DNA from: Candidatus Poribacteria bacterium
GTDB taxonomy: Bacteria; Poribacteria; WGA-4E; WGA-3G
Length of the DNA: 64,000 bases
NCBI GenBank assembly: GCA_965242965.1
Contig: OZ251518.1
Coordinates: 2,848,001 to 2,912,000 of the forward strand
Direction: 5' to 3'
The first letter of the stretch is position 1; the number at the start of each line of letters is the position of its first letter. The notes beneath the pieces were generated by a model. It was not told where the DNA came from. It saw only the letters and a program-made list of their open reading frames with translations, and made no database searches. The position numbers were made by a program, and so were the translations under genes. Positions 1 through 10,552 of the stretch are shown here, one piece after another.

Positions 1-275
1 GGCGAATTGTCAATGCCGAGCACCTCGTGACCGCGTTCCTGAAGATAGAGAGCATGCCGGCCCGCACCACTGCCGATATCCAATACACGGCCGGTAGTGG
101 CGGCCAGCGCGCGCTGCTGATGTTCTGGCCAGTCGGAATAGTCAGCGAAGTAAGCACCAGGATGATGCGCATCAATTAAACCATCCTCTCGCTCAACGAT
201 TACCAGCGCGTCTGCCTTGCCATCGTAATAATCCGAAAGGATGTGCCCGTAAGCATCTTGGTTATCGGCTAGCAC
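1..275 (-). CDS. Class I SAM-dependent methyltransferase (partial, runs off window start)
   Basis: Manual translation from GTG after AGGAGG: MLADNQDAYG...RVLDIGSGAGRHALYLQERGHEVLGIDNS; motif I VLDIGxGxG. Confidence 0.85.
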   Translation of the reverse strand, partial: MLADNQDAYGHILSDYYDGKADALVIVEREDGLIDAHHPGAYFADYSDWPEHQQRALAATTGRVLDIGSGAGRHALYLQERGHEVLGIDNS

Positions 276-284
276 AACTTCCTC

Positions 285-941
285 CTAGCACGCGATTTGC
301 TTCGCGACGATAAACTTTAACAGTTGCACAATCTGCTCCGCATCCGAGATGCAACTGTAGGCAGGCGCGAATTCAACGGCGAAGGTTGGTTTGTCGCTCT
401 CCATATCAATGACACTGCCGCGGACGAATACCCACGTCTCATTGACGGTGTAACATCCGAAGATTTCCTGTTCGGCGGCGGCATCTCGTTCGGCGTTGAT
501 CCGTGCGGCGGCGAGCATCTCGCCGTAGAGTTGATAGAACGGATCTGGGGCATTCAGCCCGCGCTTCGCTTCATGCACAATCAGATAAGGCGGCCGAATT
601 CTCCATCCGATACTCGGAGCAAGGGCACCATCTACCTCTCCCTCCAACGCAAATTTCGGGTAAGCGGCTTTCAGCGAAACGCCGCTCCACGCTCTAACAT
701 GTCCTTGTTCTGCCAGCACTAACAGCGGATAGATGGCACGCGACCAGAGCGTGGCCTCGTTCATCGCGAGGAGTTGGTGGTAACGCAAGGTAGCTGTGAT
801 ATCCTCAAGCCGGCGATGTTCGTCCTCGGTGAGAGGTATCTGCATCTTTTGCCATTCTTCCAAGGCCCCTTCAGATTCGTGCAGCGTGATGAGGCTATGA
901 ATTACCTCTTCCGTAAGTTGTGAGAAGGTATACGTGCACAT
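285..941 (-). CDS. Hypothetical protein, possibly PD-(D/E)xK-like fold
   Basis: 218-aa ORF with GGAGG RBS; GEVDG...HEAKRG pattern; co-oriented with neighbours. Confidence 0.6.
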   Translation of the reverse strand: MCTYTFSQLTEEVIHSLITLHESEGALEEWQKMQIPLTEDEHRRLEDITATLRYHQLLAMNEATLWSRAIYPLLVLAEQGHVRAWSGVSLKAAYPKFALEGEVDGALAPSIGWRIRPPYLIVHEAKRGLNAPDPFYQLYGEMLAAARINAERDAAAEQEIFGCYTVNETWVFVRGSVIDMESDKPTFAVEFAPAYSCISDAEQIVQLLKFIVAKQIAC

Positions 942-956
942 CGTCCAGAACCTCCA

Positions 957-2336
957 TCACGATGATTTGACATACCCCGTTGTGCCGTTGGGATTTACCC
1001 ACTTCGTCTTCCAATGCGTCTCAATGCCTTCGCGCCACGTTTGCGCCGCTTCCGTTAACGCCGCCGTGAGCTCCGGATGCGTCGCTTTCAGATTCTCTGT
1101 CTCACCCATGTCGGTTTCCAAGTCGGCGAGATGGACATCGTCTTCGGGTGGCGCGCCTTCAACTAGCTGCCCATTCAGCACCAACTTCCATTTGCCGCTG
1201 CGAACAGCCGTCTGTTTTCCCATCTCCCAGAAGATTTCCCTGTCAGGCATTGGCGAGACGTTGTTGTCCGCGGCTTTGTTGTCCATGGAGGCAACCATCG
1301 GGAGGACATTCAAACCATCAAGTTCGTATTCCGCCGTATTTCCGCCTGCGGCGTTCAGGAACGTCGGGAATACGTCCATCGCCGCGCCGACTTCGCTGAT
1401 AACTTGTCCAGCGGGAATCTTTTCAGGCCAGTGCATGATGCCGGGCGAACGGATGCCGCCTTCGTAGAGGCTGAACTTATGTCCCTTCAGTTTACCGGCG
1501 GTGCCGCCGTAGTAAGGATCTTGCGTCCCATCAAGCCAATTGCGAGTTTCGCGTGAGGGCCCGTTATCGCTCTGGAAATAGGAGAAGGTGTTCTCAGCGA
1601 GCCCTTGCCGTTCCAGTTCTGCGAAAATCTCACCGACGCTATCGTCAACCGCGCTGAGCATCGCCGCCATGATCTGCCTATCCCAAGGTAGGTTCGGAAA
1701 CCTGTCGATGTATTTTTGCGGCGCGTGCATGGGATAATGCGGGGCGTTGTAAGGCACATAGAGAAAAAACGGTTTGCCGAGTTCTACAGACTTGCGAATG
1801 TAGCGCACGGCATATTCGGTGATGAGTTCCGTGAAGTATTCGCCGTTCCGATAAATCTCCTCGCCGTTTTCCCAGAGATCGTGCGTCTGATCGATGCCTT
1901 TCTGTCCGAGTCCCCAGTAAAAAATATGCGAGAAGAAATCGATGCACCCTGCCATGAATCCGAACCAGTCATCAAACCCGTGGTCTTCCGGACGTGAACC
2001 TTTTGCAAGCCCCAAGTGCCACTTCCCGGACATGGCGGTGTAGTAACCGCGTTGTTTGAGCGCAGACGCGAGTGTCGGCACGGAAGGTGGTAACCCTGTC
2101 GCCGTGCGATGCCCCGCCAAAATGGCACGCACACCGGCATGACACGGATACCGGCCGGTGAGCAACGCAGCGCGGGAAGGCGAGCAGACCGGGGAGTTGG
2201 AATACCAGTCGGTGAAACGCGCCCCCTCGGCGGCCATTCTGTCCAAGTAGGGCGTTTTGAAATCAGGCGCGCCCATGCAGGAAAGATCGCCGTAACCCTG
2301 GTCGTCTGTCAAAAAGATGATGAAGTTCGGTTGCAT
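957..2336 (-). CDS. Arylsulfatase-family sulfatase
   Basis: PNFIIFLTDDQGYGD, CSPSRAALLTGR (formylglycine Cys motif), GKWHLG, SDNG, LYEGGIR. Confidence 0.95.
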   Translation of the reverse strand: MQPNFIIFLTDDQGYGDLSCMGAPDFKTPYLDRMAAEGARFTDWYSNSPVCSPSRAALLTGRYPCHAGVRAILAGHRTATGLPPSVPTLASALKQRGYYTAMSGKWHLGLAKGSRPEDHGFDDWFGFMAGCIDFFSHIFYWGLGQKGIDQTHDLWENGEEIYRNGEYFTELITEYAVRYIRKSVELGKPFFLYVPYNAPHYPMHAPQKYIDRFPNLPWDRQIMAAMLSAVDDSVGEIFAELERQGLAENTFSYFQSDNGPSRETRNWLDGTQDPYYGGTAGKLKGHKFSLYEGGIRSPGIMHWPEKIPAGQVISEVGAAMDVFPTFLNAAGGNTAEYELDGLNVLPMVASMDNKAADNNVSPMPDREIFWEMGKQTAVRSGKWKLVLNGQLVEGAPPEDDVHLADLETDMGETENLKATHPELTAALTEAAQTWREGIETHWKTKWVNPNGTTGYVKSS

Positions 2337-2365
2337 TTTTTCCTCTTTTCTGTTATTCGCGAGGT

Positions 2366-2521
2366 GTGCATCGAGACCAGGAGGTCTCTCCTACCAGGAT
2401 GCATCGAGCCGGAGGGCATCGAGACCGGGAGGTCTCTCCTACCGGAAATCGAGCCGAGGGGCATCGAGACCGGGGGGCATCGAGCCGAGGGGCATCGAGA
2501 CCAGGAGGTCTCTCCTACCGG
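2366..2521. repeat. REP cluster of class GTAGGAGAGACCTCCTGGTCTCGATGC
   Basis: Three full and several partial copies of GCATCGAGACC(A/G)GGAGGTCTCTCCTACC. Confidence 0.9.
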
Positions 2522-2534
2522 TGTGCGTTCTGCC

Positions 2535-4076
2535 TCACTTCCTCCAGAAACGCCTATCCAAACTCCGATATTGGATAGCTTCGGAGACATGCACTGCCTC
2601 AATATCGGGGTTTTGCTCCAGATCGGCGATGGTGCGCGAAACTTTCAAGATTCTGTCGTAGGCGCGGGCACTGAGCCCTAACTGATTAATGGCGACGCGG
2701 AGCAAATCCTGTGCGTGCGCGTCAACCTTGCAGTAGTCTCGAATCTGCTTGGATTCCATGTCGGCGTTGGCGTGGATTTTCGGGTTGTCTGCAAACCGCT
2801 GGTGTTGCGTTTGGCGTGCCATCTCCACGCGTTCTTGGACGTTCCGCGACGGCTCCCCGGTCGTCTCATCGGCGAGTTCGGCATATTTTACCGCAGGCAC
2901 TTCAACTTGGATGTCAATCCTATCCAACAGCGGACCGGAGATGCGCGAGACATAGCTCTGGATTTGGTTTTGCGTGCATTTGCAGTCTCGGCCCGGGTCG
3001 CTGAAGAAGCCGCACGGACAGGGGTTCATGGCGGCGACGAGCATGAAATTCGCGGGATACGTGAGGGATGCAGCCGCTCGCGAGATAGTGACGTGTCCAT
3101 CTTCCAACGGTTGCCGCATGACTTCCAGCACGTTTCTGCGGAATTCAGGGAGTTCGTCTAAAAATAGCACGCCGTTATGCGCGAGGCTCACTTCACCGGG
3201 GCGAGGCACCTGTCCGCCGCCGATGAGCCCCGCATCCGAAATCGTGTGATGCGGTGAACGATAAGGACGTGTCACGACTAAAGGCGTATCACTGGGCAAA
3301 ATGCCGACGATGCTCTGAATCTTCGTCGTCTCCAAGGATTCGTCCATGGACAATTTCGGCAGCAGCGAGGGGATGCGCTTCGCAATCATGGTTTTGCCGG
3401 AACCCGGCGGACCGAGCATGATGAGGTTATGTCCCCCGGCGGCAGCGACTTCAATGGCACGCTTGACATGTTCTTGTCCCTTTACATCGGCAAGATCGAG
3501 CACGGTCTGCGGTATTCTTTCCTGTTCATCGGAACTGAGCATGTGGGGTTCCGGTGCTATCTCTTTCGTTCCGCTGAGGAAGGCTGCGGCTTCCGCCAAA
3601 TGTGAGACAGGATAGACGTTCACTTCCTCAACAATCGCCGCCTCTTTTGCGTTTTCAGCGGGGATGAGGATGTCTTCTATGCCGTTCTCTTTTGCGGCGA
3701 GCGCCATGGGGAGGCCGCCCTGTATGCTGCGAATGCTTCCATCAAGTGCGACTTCGCCGAGCACCATAGCGTTTTCAAGCCGTTCAATACCTACTTGATT
3801 CGTGGCGGCGAGGATGCCGATGGCAATCGGCAAGTCAAACGCGGAACCGGCTTTTCGGATGTCGGCAGGCGCGAGGTTGGCAGTGATGCGGCCGGGTGGA
3901 AAATAGAAACCGGCGTTTTTAATCGCTGCGGTAACCCGGTCTTTGCTCTCGCGGATGGCACTATCGGGCAAACCGACGGTGCTGAACGCGGGGAGCCCCT
4001 CGGAGACATCCACCTCGACTTTGACGATATAGGCATCAATTCCTAGCATTGCGCTGCTGAGGACTCTTGCAAGCAT
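2535..4076 (-). CDS. comM: YifB/ComM-family Mg-chelatase-like AAA+ ATPase
   Basis: VGLPDSAIRESKDRV, NLAPADIRK, GPPGSGKT, PGEVSLAHNGVLFLDE, MNPCPCG, ISGPLLDRID. Confidence 0.93.
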   Translation of the reverse strand: MLARVLSSAMLGIDAYIVKVEVDVSEGLPAFSTVGLPDSAIRESKDRVTAAIKNAGFYFPPGRITANLAPADIRKAGSAFDLPIAIGILAATNQVGIERLENAMVLGEVALDGSIRSIQGGLPMALAAKENGIEDILIPAENAKEAAIVEEVNVYPVSHLAEAAAFLSGTKEIAPEPHMLSSDEQERIPQTVLDLADVKGQEHVKRAIEVAAAGGHNLIMLGPPGSGKTMIAKRIPSLLPKLSMDESLETTKIQSIVGILPSDTPLVVTRPYRSPHHTISDAGLIGGGQVPRPGEVSLAHNGVLFLDELPEFRRNVLEVMRQPLEDGHVTISRAAASLTYPANFMLVAAMNPCPCGFFSDPGRDCKCTQNQIQSYVSRISGPLLDRIDIQVEVPAVKYAELADETTGEPSRNVQERVEMARQTQHQRFADNPKIHANADMESKQIRDYCKVDAHAQDLLRVAINQLGLSARAYDRILKVSRTIADLEQNPDIEAVHVSEAIQYRSLDRRFWRK

Positions 4077-4149
4077 ACCTGTTTTTCCTTTGGAGCAAAC
4101 TGCGATGCTCCTGAAACGGGTTAATTTTCACTAGATGAAGACGTGTATC

Positions 4150-4234
4150 TATTATACCGTCCAATCCCATTTTTGTCAAGTTTTTTTATTTTTTTGCATT
4201 TTAATTTGACAAACGAACAAAAATGTGGTACTTA
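4150..4234. promoter_or_regulatory. Divergent sigma70-type promoters
   Basis: Minus strand TTGACA-17-TATAAT towards comM; plus strand TTGACA...TGGTACTT directly before the repeat mosaic. Confidence 0.6.
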
Positions 4235-4237
4235 AGT

Positions 4238-4950
4238 GAGGGGTTTCATAAATCCGTTTCGGTAGTTATTCCCCCTTGGGGGAGGGCGAATACCGAAAGG
4301 CATCGGGCCCACCTCTGTAGTTCGGGATCGCCTGATCCCGAACAGGTCAGGATCAGGCGATCCTGACCTACAGGGGTGATGAGGTTTGATAGCAAAACGC
4401 ATGGCGAGGGCCTGTCCCTCGCCCTACGGAAGGGGCGGAGTTTTTTCCACCGTAGCGCGGGGGCCTGTCCCCCGCGTTGGCCATCGTCAAGTTATGTTCT
4501 TAGGTCCTTTAGGACCTACATGTCTATAGAAACACATGCCGGTCCCATGTCAAGGTCCTTTAGGTGCTTAATAAAAAAAACACGCGCTGCGCGTCAAAGA
4601 ATATTAAGGACCTAAAGGACCTTAGCGTTCTTCGCAGCCTCACGTGCTATAGACATTAACGTCCTAAAGGACCTAAGATACGTTTTTTATCGTAGCGCGG
4701 GGGCCTGTCCCCCGCGAGCGTTCGATCGCGCGAGGCATAGCGAGGGACAGGCCCTCGCCCTACGGTACCGCACGCCGTTTTTTTCGGACGCATCGTTTTA
4801 GGGCCTTTAGGACCGAAGAGACGTTTTTTTCATCGTAGCGCGGGGGCCTGTCCCCCGCGAGCGTTGGAGTGCGCCGACGATGGCGAGGGACAGGCCCCGG
4901 GAGGCGCGCCGACGGTATTGCATCGAGACCAGGAGGTCTCTCCTACCGGC
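4238..4950. repeat. Composite REP mosaic starting with a GAGGG(G/T)GTTTCATAAAT-type TIR
   Basis: Contains GTAGTTCGGGATCG, GTAGCGCGGGGGCCTGTCCCCCGCG, GGCGAGGG...CCCTCGCCCTAC, AGGTCCTTTAGGACCT/CTATAGACAT and GAGACC units. Confidence 0.85.
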
Positions 4951-5013
4951 AGAAATCAAGACCCGGCGTGCCTATCAACACTTCCCTTTTTTTAATTTGT
5001 CCCATGAGGCGGT

Positions 5014-8000
5014 TCAAGGCGTTATTTCCCACAGAAGCACCGTGCCATCCCAACTGCCAGATGCGAGTGTGCGCCCATCCGGGGTGAAGGTGAGGCTTGA
5101 GATAGGGTCGGTATGGCCGGTGAGGAGCTGCAGCGGTGTGCCGGAGGCAACATCCCACAACCTAATGACGTGCCAACTGCTGCTCGCGAGGGTGCCGCCA
5201 TCGGGACTGAAAACGAGATCCCCGGGCACTGGCGTGTGTAGTGTTTTTGTGGGCACCCCACTCGCTGTATCCCACAGCCTGATGGTGTTATCCCAGAATC
5301 TCGCGCTTGCGAAGGTGCTACCGTCGGGGCTGAAGGCAATAGAACTGATAGTTTGCGCGTGTTCATTGAGCACCTTTATGTTGAGCGTTTTTACGTTTTC
5401 TCGGGTAATCACATCCCAAAGTCGGATAGTGTTGTCGACACCTCCACTCGCCAAGGTGCTGCCATCGGGACTGAAAGCAACGTTCCTAACACCGTCGGTA
5501 TGTCCCGTGAGCACCTTTATATCTTTGCCGTTGCGTGCATTCCACAAGCGGATAGTGCTGTCCGAACTTGCACTCGCTAACAGGGCACCACTAGGGTTGA
5601 AGGCGACACTCGTAACCCCGTGCGTATGTCCGCTGAGCACTTTGTTGCGTTTGCCGAACAAACTTTCCCACAGCGAGTTTTTCCCTATGCTTGCATCCCA
5701 CAGTCGAACGGTTTTATCTTTACTTGCACTCGCCAGAGTGCGGCCATCAGGACTGAAAGCAACGTTCCTAACACCGTCCGTGTGTCCCGTGAGCGTCTTT
5801 GTGTTTCTCCATGCGTGTCCATTCCAGAGATAAATGTTACCACTCGACCCCGCGCTGGCGATGGTGAGGCCATCGGGACTGAAAGCAACGCTACCAACCC
5901 TGCTCGTATGTCCCTCAATCGTTTTTGTGTGTTTGCCGGTATGCGCATTCCACAGGCGGATTTCTTCGCTAGTTGCGCTGGCGATGGTGTTACCGTCGGA
6001 ACTGAAGGCAATGCTATTGACACTATTTCTGTGTCCCTTGAGCGTTTTTGGCCACCTGCCGATAATTGTTTCCCAAAAAGCGCGTTTTCCGGTGCGCTCA
6101 TCCCACAGCCGGACGATGTTGTTATCGTTATCCGAACCTGCGATTGTCAAAGTCCTTCCATCGGAACTGAAGGCAATGCTACGGATACTAGCCTTACGTC
6201 TCTTGAAGGATTTTACCTTCGTTCCGGTGGCGACATCCCACAAGTAGATTTCGTTTGAGTTCGCGCTTGCCAGAGTGTCTCCATTGGGACTGAAGGCAAC
6301 ACGACGGTGGTACGTATGCCCAGTCTGGGCAAGTGTCTTTAGGTGTTTGCCGGTGGGAACGTCCCAGAGATGGATGACAGGGTCCGCACTTGCTGCTAGG
6401 ATGCTCCCATTGTGATTGAAAGCGACGCACAAGACCTGATATATTCCATCTGCGCTGAGTGTCAGGGTGTTTTCGCCTGTGGCAACATCCCACAGTTGGA
6501 CATCATCGTGACTGGCAATCGCCAAGGTGCCACCGTCGGGGCTGAAGGTGATGTCCCTTTCCCAACCGGACATTCTAGCGAACGTCTTGATGTGGGTGCC
6601 GGTGTCCACATCCCATAAGCGGATCGTTCTATCCGAACTTGCGCTGGCGAGGGTGCTACTATCCGGACTGAAGACGACATTATGAACACCGGCCGTATGG
6701 CCAGTGAGCATCGCGACTTCTTGACATGTCTCGGCATCATATAGCCAAATGCCCACGGAACTTGCTACGGCGAGACGCGTGTTATCTGCGGAAAACTGGA
6801 TATCATGTATCGTGCCTTTGCCAAGGCGCGCTTTGGGCCCTTCGTGTATAGGGATTACCTTCGACAGCAGCACCGTGCCATCGCCACTCGCGCTAGCGAG
6901 TGTGCTCCCATCAGGCGTAAAGGCGACGCTATTGACCCCGGATGTATGGCCACGGAATACTTGTGCACGGCTACCGGTGGCTATATCCAACACAACGCTC
7001 TTATCGTGATATCCGACTGCGAGGGAACCGGCATCGGGACTGAAGACGACGCTCTCCACGCCAATATAGACTGTGAACGTCTGTATGTTTTTTCCGGTGG
7101 CAACATCCCACAGCCGGACGGTTCTGTCAGGCATTCGATTATTGGATTTGAAGTAGTCTTCCTGCCCACCACTCGCGAGGATGCCGCCATCCGGACTAAA
7201 ATCCAAACTCGTAACGACACCTGTGTGGCCCGTGAGTGTCTTTACGCTTTTTCCGGTCGTCAGATTCCAGAAACGAATAGTTTTATCTTCACTCGCACTT
7301 GCCAAGATGCCGCCATCCGGACTAAAATCCAAACTCGTAACGAAGTCTGTGTGTCCCACGAGCGTCTTTGTGTTCTTTCCTGTCTCCAGATCCCAGAGGT
7401 GGATTTCTTTATCCCCCGCGCCTGCCAGGGTGCCACCATCCGGGCTGATGGCCACGCTAGTCCTATAGAACTCGTCCGCAGGTCTGTCCGTATATCCCCT
7501 GAACGTCAAGGTGTTTTCGCCGGTGGGGACATCCCAGATACGGATAGTTCTGTCGTGTCCCGCACTCGCCAATCTACTTCCATCGGAACTGAAGACGATG
7601 TTCCCTTGGCGCGAATGTCCTCTCAGCGATTTTTTCTTCCGTCCAGTATTAGTATCCCAGAGAGAAATGGTGCCACCCCATGCCGAGCTTGCCAAGGTGT
7701 CCCCATCGGGACTGAAAGCGACGCTCTTCACCGAGACCGTGTGTCCATGAACCGTGTCTGTATTTTTTCCGCTGGCAACGTCCCAGAGGCGGATGACACC
7801 ATACCCACTCGCGATTGCCAAGGTATCCCCATCGGGACTGAAGATGACGCTCTCAACCCAACTTGTAGGTCCCTTGAGTATTTTCGTCTGTTTTCCGGTG
7901 CCTGCGTCCCAGAGGCGGATGGTTTCATCCGAACTTGCACTCGCGAGGATTTCCCCATCCGGACTGAAAGCAATGCCGTCGACAGTTTCCGTATGTCCCG

Positions 8001-8757
8001 TGAGGGTCCTTATGTTTTCGCCGGTAGTCACATCCCACAAACGGAGAGTTTTATCCCAACCGATTGCAAGGATGTCCCTATTCGGGCTGAAAGAAAAGCA
8101 CTCAACATCGCTCGTCTGTCCGTGAATCGTTCTTGTGTTTTCACCGGTGGCCACATCCCACAAACGGAGTGTATTGTCCAAACACACACTTGCTAGAAGC
8201 CTGCCATCGTGATTGAAGGCTATGCTCTCCACACTAGCCGTATGTCCCGTGAAGGTCTTTATGTTTTCGCCGGTGGCCACATCCCATAAATGGAGAGTAC
8301 TCCTACGTGAACTTGCCAAGGTAGCCCCATCCGGACTGAACACAATGTTAGTGTTATAGCCGGCATTCGTACGACTCGTGAATTTTTGCAGTGGTGTGCC
8401 GGTGGCGACATCCCACAACTGAATAGAGTGAATAGAGCTCTCACTCGCGCCTGCCAGAGTGCTACCATCAGGACTGAAGGCCACGCTGTCACAAGCTACC
8501 TGTTCACCGGAGTGATTCTCTTGAGTCAGTAGAGCGACTTCCTGATATGTCTCGGTATCATACAGCCAAATCCCCACGGCACTCGCTACCGCAAGCCGCG
8601 TGCCATCCGGTGAAAACTGAATATCATTGGCTCTGCCTTTGCCTAGCCGCGCGATGGCCCCTTCGGGTAACTGCCATTGGGATACATCCTGGGCGAAAAC
8701 ACCGGTGGCCAGGATAAGCATCAGCGTCAAAATGGACAAGAATAAACTGTGTTTCAT
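5014..8757 (-). CDS. Secreted WD40-repeat protein (1247 aa, duplicated propeller module)
   Basis: Signal peptide; more than 20 GH...V.S.AFSPDG..LAS.S.D.TIRLWD repeats; ARLGKG...DIQFS module occurs twice. Confidence 0.95.
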   Translation of the reverse strand: MKHSLFLSILTLMLILATGVFAQDVSQWQLPEGAIARLGKGRANDIQFSPDGTRLAVASAVGIWLYDTETYQEVALLTQENHSGEQVACDSVAFSPDGSTLAGASESSIHSIQLWDVATGTPLQKFTSRTNAGYNTNIVFSPDGATLASSRRSTLHLWDVATGENIKTFTGHTASVESIAFNHDGRLLASVCLDNTLRLWDVATGENTRTIHGQTSDVECFSFSPNRDILAIGWDKTLRLWDVTTGENIRTLTGHTETVDGIAFSPDGEILASASSDETIRLWDAGTGKQTKILKGPTSWVESVIFSPDGDTLAIASGYGVIRLWDVASGKNTDTVHGHTVSVKSVAFSPDGDTLASSAWGGTISLWDTNTGRKKKSLRGHSRQGNIVFSSDGSRLASAGHDRTIRIWDVPTGENTLTFRGYTDRPADEFYRTSVAISPDGGTLAGAGDKEIHLWDLETGKNTKTLVGHTDFVTSLDFSPDGGILASASEDKTIRFWNLTTGKSVKTLTGHTGVVTSLDFSPDGGILASGGQEDYFKSNNRMPDRTVRLWDVATGKNIQTFTVYIGVESVVFSPDAGSLAVGYHDKSVVLDIATGSRAQVFRGHTSGVNSVAFTPDGSTLASASGDGTVLLSKVIPIHEGPKARLGKGTIHDIQFSADNTRLAVASSVGIWLYDAETCQEVAMLTGHTAGVHNVVFSPDSSTLASASSDRTIRLWDVDTGTHIKTFARMSGWERDITFSPDGGTLAIASHDDVQLWDVATGENTLTLSADGIYQVLCVAFNHNGSILAASADPVIHLWDVPTGKHLKTLAQTGHTYHRRVAFSPNGDTLASANSNEIYLWDVATGTKVKSFKRRKASIRSIAFSSDGRTLTIAGSDNDNNIVRLWDERTGKRAFWETIIGRWPKTLKGHRNSVNSIAFSSDGNTIASATSEEIRLWNAHTGKHTKTIEGHTSRVGSVAFSPDGLTIASAGSSGNIYLWNGHAWRNTKTLTGHTDGVRNVAFSPDGRTLASASKDKTVRLWDASIGKNSLWESLFGKRNKVLSGHTHGVTSVAFNPSGALLASASSDSTIRLWNARNGKDIKVLTGHTDGVRNVAFSPDGSTLASGGVDNTIRLWDVITRENVKTLNIKVLNEHAQTISSIAFSPDGSTFASARFWDNTIRLWDTASGVPTKTLHTPVPGDLVFSPDGGTLASSSWHVIRLWDVASGTPLQLLTGHTDPISSLTFTPDGRTLASGSWDGTVLLWEITP

Positions 8758-8804
8758 GTGTCAAATTCCTCTTTTGGAACCGGGTTGCAGAATGCCCCCC
8801 TTCC

Positions 8805-9190
8805 TCGTAGGGCGAGGGCCTGTCCCTCGCCATGCTCCGGTCTACGGAACGATCGCGGGGGACAGGCCCCCGCGCTACGATAAAAAAAACGCCCCCCTCA
8901 CCGTAGGGCGAGGGACAGGCCCTCGCCAACGCTCGCGCACCAGGCACTGTAGGTCAGGATCGCCTGATCCTGACCTGTTTGTGATCAGGCGATCACAAAC
9001 TACAGAAGGGGAAACACATCTCGTGACGATGGAGATCGCGGGGGACAGGCCCCCGCGCTACGAAAAAAAACGCCACCCCGCACCGTAGGGCGAGGGACAG
9101 GCCCTCGCCATCGTCCGCGCACCAGGCACTGTAGGTCAGGATCGCCTGATCCTGACCTGTTTGTGATCAGGCGATCACAAACTACAGTGG
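8805..9190. repeat. REP mosaic with a roughly 180-bp internal tandem duplication
   Basis: GATCGCGGGGGACAGGCCCCCGCGCTACG...GTAGGTCAGGATCGCCTGATCCTGACC...ACTACAG occurs twice. Confidence 0.85.
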
Positions 9191-9206
9191 AGGAACCTTT
9201 CTGTTC

Positions 9207-10232
9207 CTACGAAAGACTCGTATCCCCAGTCAATTTATGCAACGCCTGCAACTGCTCCCTATTCGCAATGACTAACAGCGCATCGCCGACATCTAACTTC
9301 CGATTATAGGGTGGGTTATAGATGAACACCCCTTCTCGACTCCGGATAGCAATGACGACGAGGCCGCTCTGCTGCCGAATGCGGGCATTGGAGAGCGTCA
9401 ACCCGACGAGCGCGGAATGTTCCTGAACAATAGATTCGGTAAATCGCGTCCCCTGTTGGCTTTGCGTGATGTTTGTCAAGAAATCGACGAGCTGCGGATG
9501 AAGCATCCCCGAAGCAAGCCGCATGCCGCCGATCTGGTCTGGGAGAACAACCTCGTCTGCGCCAGCGGTGATGAGTTTCGCGGGCGAATTATTCTCAACC
9601 GCTTTGGACGCAATTCGGAGCTGCGGGTTCAGTTTCTTCGCCGAAATGACGACGAAGAGGTTATCCTGGTCACGGCTGAGGCAGGTGACGAGCCCGCGTG
9701 CGCGTTCTATACCGGCGCGCATCAGCAATTCGTCATCGGTTGCATCGCCGTGGATGTGGAGGAAATCACGGGTATCGGCGAGTTGCAGAAGGCGTTCTTC
9801 ATCCCTGTCAATGCTGACAAAGGGTTCTTCGGCTTTGAGCAGTTCGTCAAGGACATGCACACCGGTATCGCCGAGACCGCAAAGGATATAGTGATTTGAA
9901 AGTTTATCGACAGTGCGCACCATTTTTCTCAATCGGAAGAAGTTTTGGAGTTGTCCCTCAATAAAAAAGGCGGTGGCGATACCGACGCTGTAGGTAAACA
10001 CGCCAAACCCACCGATGAGGAGAAACAGGGTGAAGATGCGTCCTTCATCGCTCATATCTAACTGACTATACCCAACTGTTGTCAAGGTAATCACAGTCAT
10101 CCAGACTGCGTCAAGGAGCGTCCATGAACCTGCCGGATTATCTCTTTCCAGCACGGCATACCCGATTGTTCCGACAACAAGCAATCCAACTAGCAGTGTG
10201 AAAGCGATGATGATGTTGCGTTGGTAGTTCAT
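9207..10232 (-). CDS. Potassium channel protein (pore plus TrkA-N/TrkA-C domains)
   Basis: TLTTVGY filter between two TMs, ILCGLGDTG Rossmann motif, GDATDD, C-terminal TrkA-C; real start MNYQ at 10232 (longer ORF reads through REPs). Confidence 0.92.
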   Translation of the reverse strand: MNYQRNIIIAFTLLVGLLVVGTIGYAVLERDNPAGSWTLLDAVWMTVITLTTVGYSQLDMSDEGRIFTLFLLIGGFGVFTYSVGIATAFFIEGQLQNFFRLRKMVRTVDKLSNHYILCGLGDTGVHVLDELLKAEEPFVSIDRDEERLLQLADTRDFLHIHGDATDDELLMRAGIERARGLVTCLSRDQDNLFVVISAKKLNPQLRIASKAVENNSPAKLITAGADEVVLPDQIGGMRLASGMLHPQLVDFLTNITQSQQGTRFTESIVQEHSALVGLTLSNARIRQQSGLVVIAIRSREGVFIYNPPYNRKLDVGDALLVIANREQLQALHKLTGDTSLS

Positions 10233-10254
10233 CCGCGAACCAGCCCATACCGGA

Positions 10255-10550
10255 AACCGTAGCGCGAGGGCCTGTCCCTCGCGATTTTTCAATAGGCCCA
10301 GGCACGGCGGGGGACAGGCCCCCGCCCTACGGTGAAAAAACGGCCCAGGGCCCGTAGCGCGAGGGCCTGTCCCTCGCGATCTATCCCATTCCGGAAACCG
10401 TAGCGCGAGGGCCTGTCCCTCGCGAGCTTTCAATAGGCCCAGGCACGGCGGGAGACAGGCCCCCGCCCTACGGTGAAAAAGCGGCGAAAAAACGGCCCAG
10501 AAACCGTAGCGCGAGGGCCTGTCCCTCGCGATCCTTGCACAGCGGGGGAC
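10255..10550. repeat. REP cluster (GTAGCGCGAGGGCCTGTCCCTCGCG variants)
   Basis: Four forward copies and two inverted copies with duplicated spacers. Confidence 0.85.
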
Positions 10551-10552
10551 AG

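Noticed and set aside
4880-8196. Long plus-strand ORFs opposite the WD40 gene
   Set aside because: Antisense shadows of a repetitive coding sequence with no recognisable motifs
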